This document shows, piece after piece, positions 63,578 to 64,000 of a stretch of 64,000 nt of DNA. A model generated the notes under the pieces. The model saw only the letters and a list, made by a program, of their open reading frames with translations. It was not told where the DNA came from and did no database searches. Numbering within the stretch: position 1 is the stretch's first letter; every line of letters begins with the position of its first letter. The DNA is taken from the IMG/VR virus record IMGVR_UViG_3300032931_001151, positions 124,001-188,000 of that record. The stretch is one strand, 5' to 3'. The translations under genes were made by a program, and so were the position numbers.

Positions 63578-64000
63578 TGATATCATAGAAGGCCAATATA
63601 AGCCATTTAGTCATTATGTGATTGAATCTCGTGCCATTCCAAAAATAGCGGATGGCCTAAAGCCAGTAGAAAGAAGATCACTTTGGGCAGCTAAAAAAGT
63701 AGCGGCGAAAGAGTGGTGCAAAGTTAGTAAGTTGGCAGGCGCAACTATGAGCAATCACCCCCACGGAAATATGTCAATTGAAGCCACTATATCTTCTATG
63801 GCTCAAGACTTTGCCGGAGCCAACAACGTCCCGTTCTTTGACGGAAAAGGAACCTTTGGGTCGAGATTAACCGGATCGGGAGATGGATATGCATCGGCAC
63901 GTTATGTTGCCGTCAAACTATCCGACAACTTTTATAAGTACTTTGATGTTGATTCGGATTTGGTTCCATTTGTGCCTAATTATGACGAGACGGATAAAGA
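63567..64000 (+). CDS. gp52: DNA topoisomerase II medium subunit gp52 (GyrA/ParC-like), truncated by the window edge
   Basis: ATG at 63567 reads MQISDII...SRAIPKIADGLKPVERR...HPHG...ASARY (catalytic Tyr motif); not in the supplied ORF track. Confidence 0.9.
   Translation, partial: MQISDIIEGQYKPFSHYVIESRAIPKIADGLKPVERRSLWAAKKVAAKEWCKVSKLAGATMSNHPHGNMSIEATISSMAQDFAGANNVPFFDGKGTFGSRLTGSGDGYASARYVAVKLSDNFYKYFDVDSDLVPFVPNYDETDK

Noticed and set aside
1-64000. Stop-codon reassignment (alternative genetic code)
   Set aside because: Conserved genes are full length in code 11 with high coding density; TAG and TGA end genes at expected positions.

Overview
A 64-kb, AT-rich segment of a large T4-like (myovirus) phage genome, standard genetic code. 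The left half (1-34.7 kb, mostly minus strand) is the morphogenesis region. In transcription order it runs: a block of acidic late ORFans, RuvC, RNase H, gp2/gp4, portal gp20, gp67-like, protease gp21, scaffold gp22, major capsid gp23, a Hef-like endonuclease, neck gp13/14/15, terminase gp16/17, sheath gp18, tube gp19, gp26/gp51-like chaperones, tape measure, baseplate genes and gp3. The right half is replication, recombination and transcription: uvsY, uvsW, gp46/47, sigma gp55, PolB gp43, uvsX, helicase gp41, gp33, gp59, SSB gp32, topoisomerase II, clamp and clamp loader, regA, primase. Most notable: (1) the large terminase is fractured at its Walker A motif into two genes carrying an atypically split intein (33-aa IntN, 120-aa IntC), with a C2H2 zinc-finger Vsr-like endonuclease between them; (2) a phage-encoded dTDP-rhamnose pathway (rmlB, rmlC-rmlD fusion) plus three glycosyltransferase domains among the replication genes; (3) a probable lambda G/GT-type -1 frameshift between the gp26- and gp51-like genes; (4) a ~500-nt promoter-driven, hairpin-rich non-coding region; (5) a gp33-like protein with a sigma-region-4-like HTH; (6) a recurring TTGGA-N2-TAnnnT promoter-like motif alongside canonical T4 late promoters (TATAAATA). 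All assignments come from motif recognition and synteny by eye; no database searches were run.
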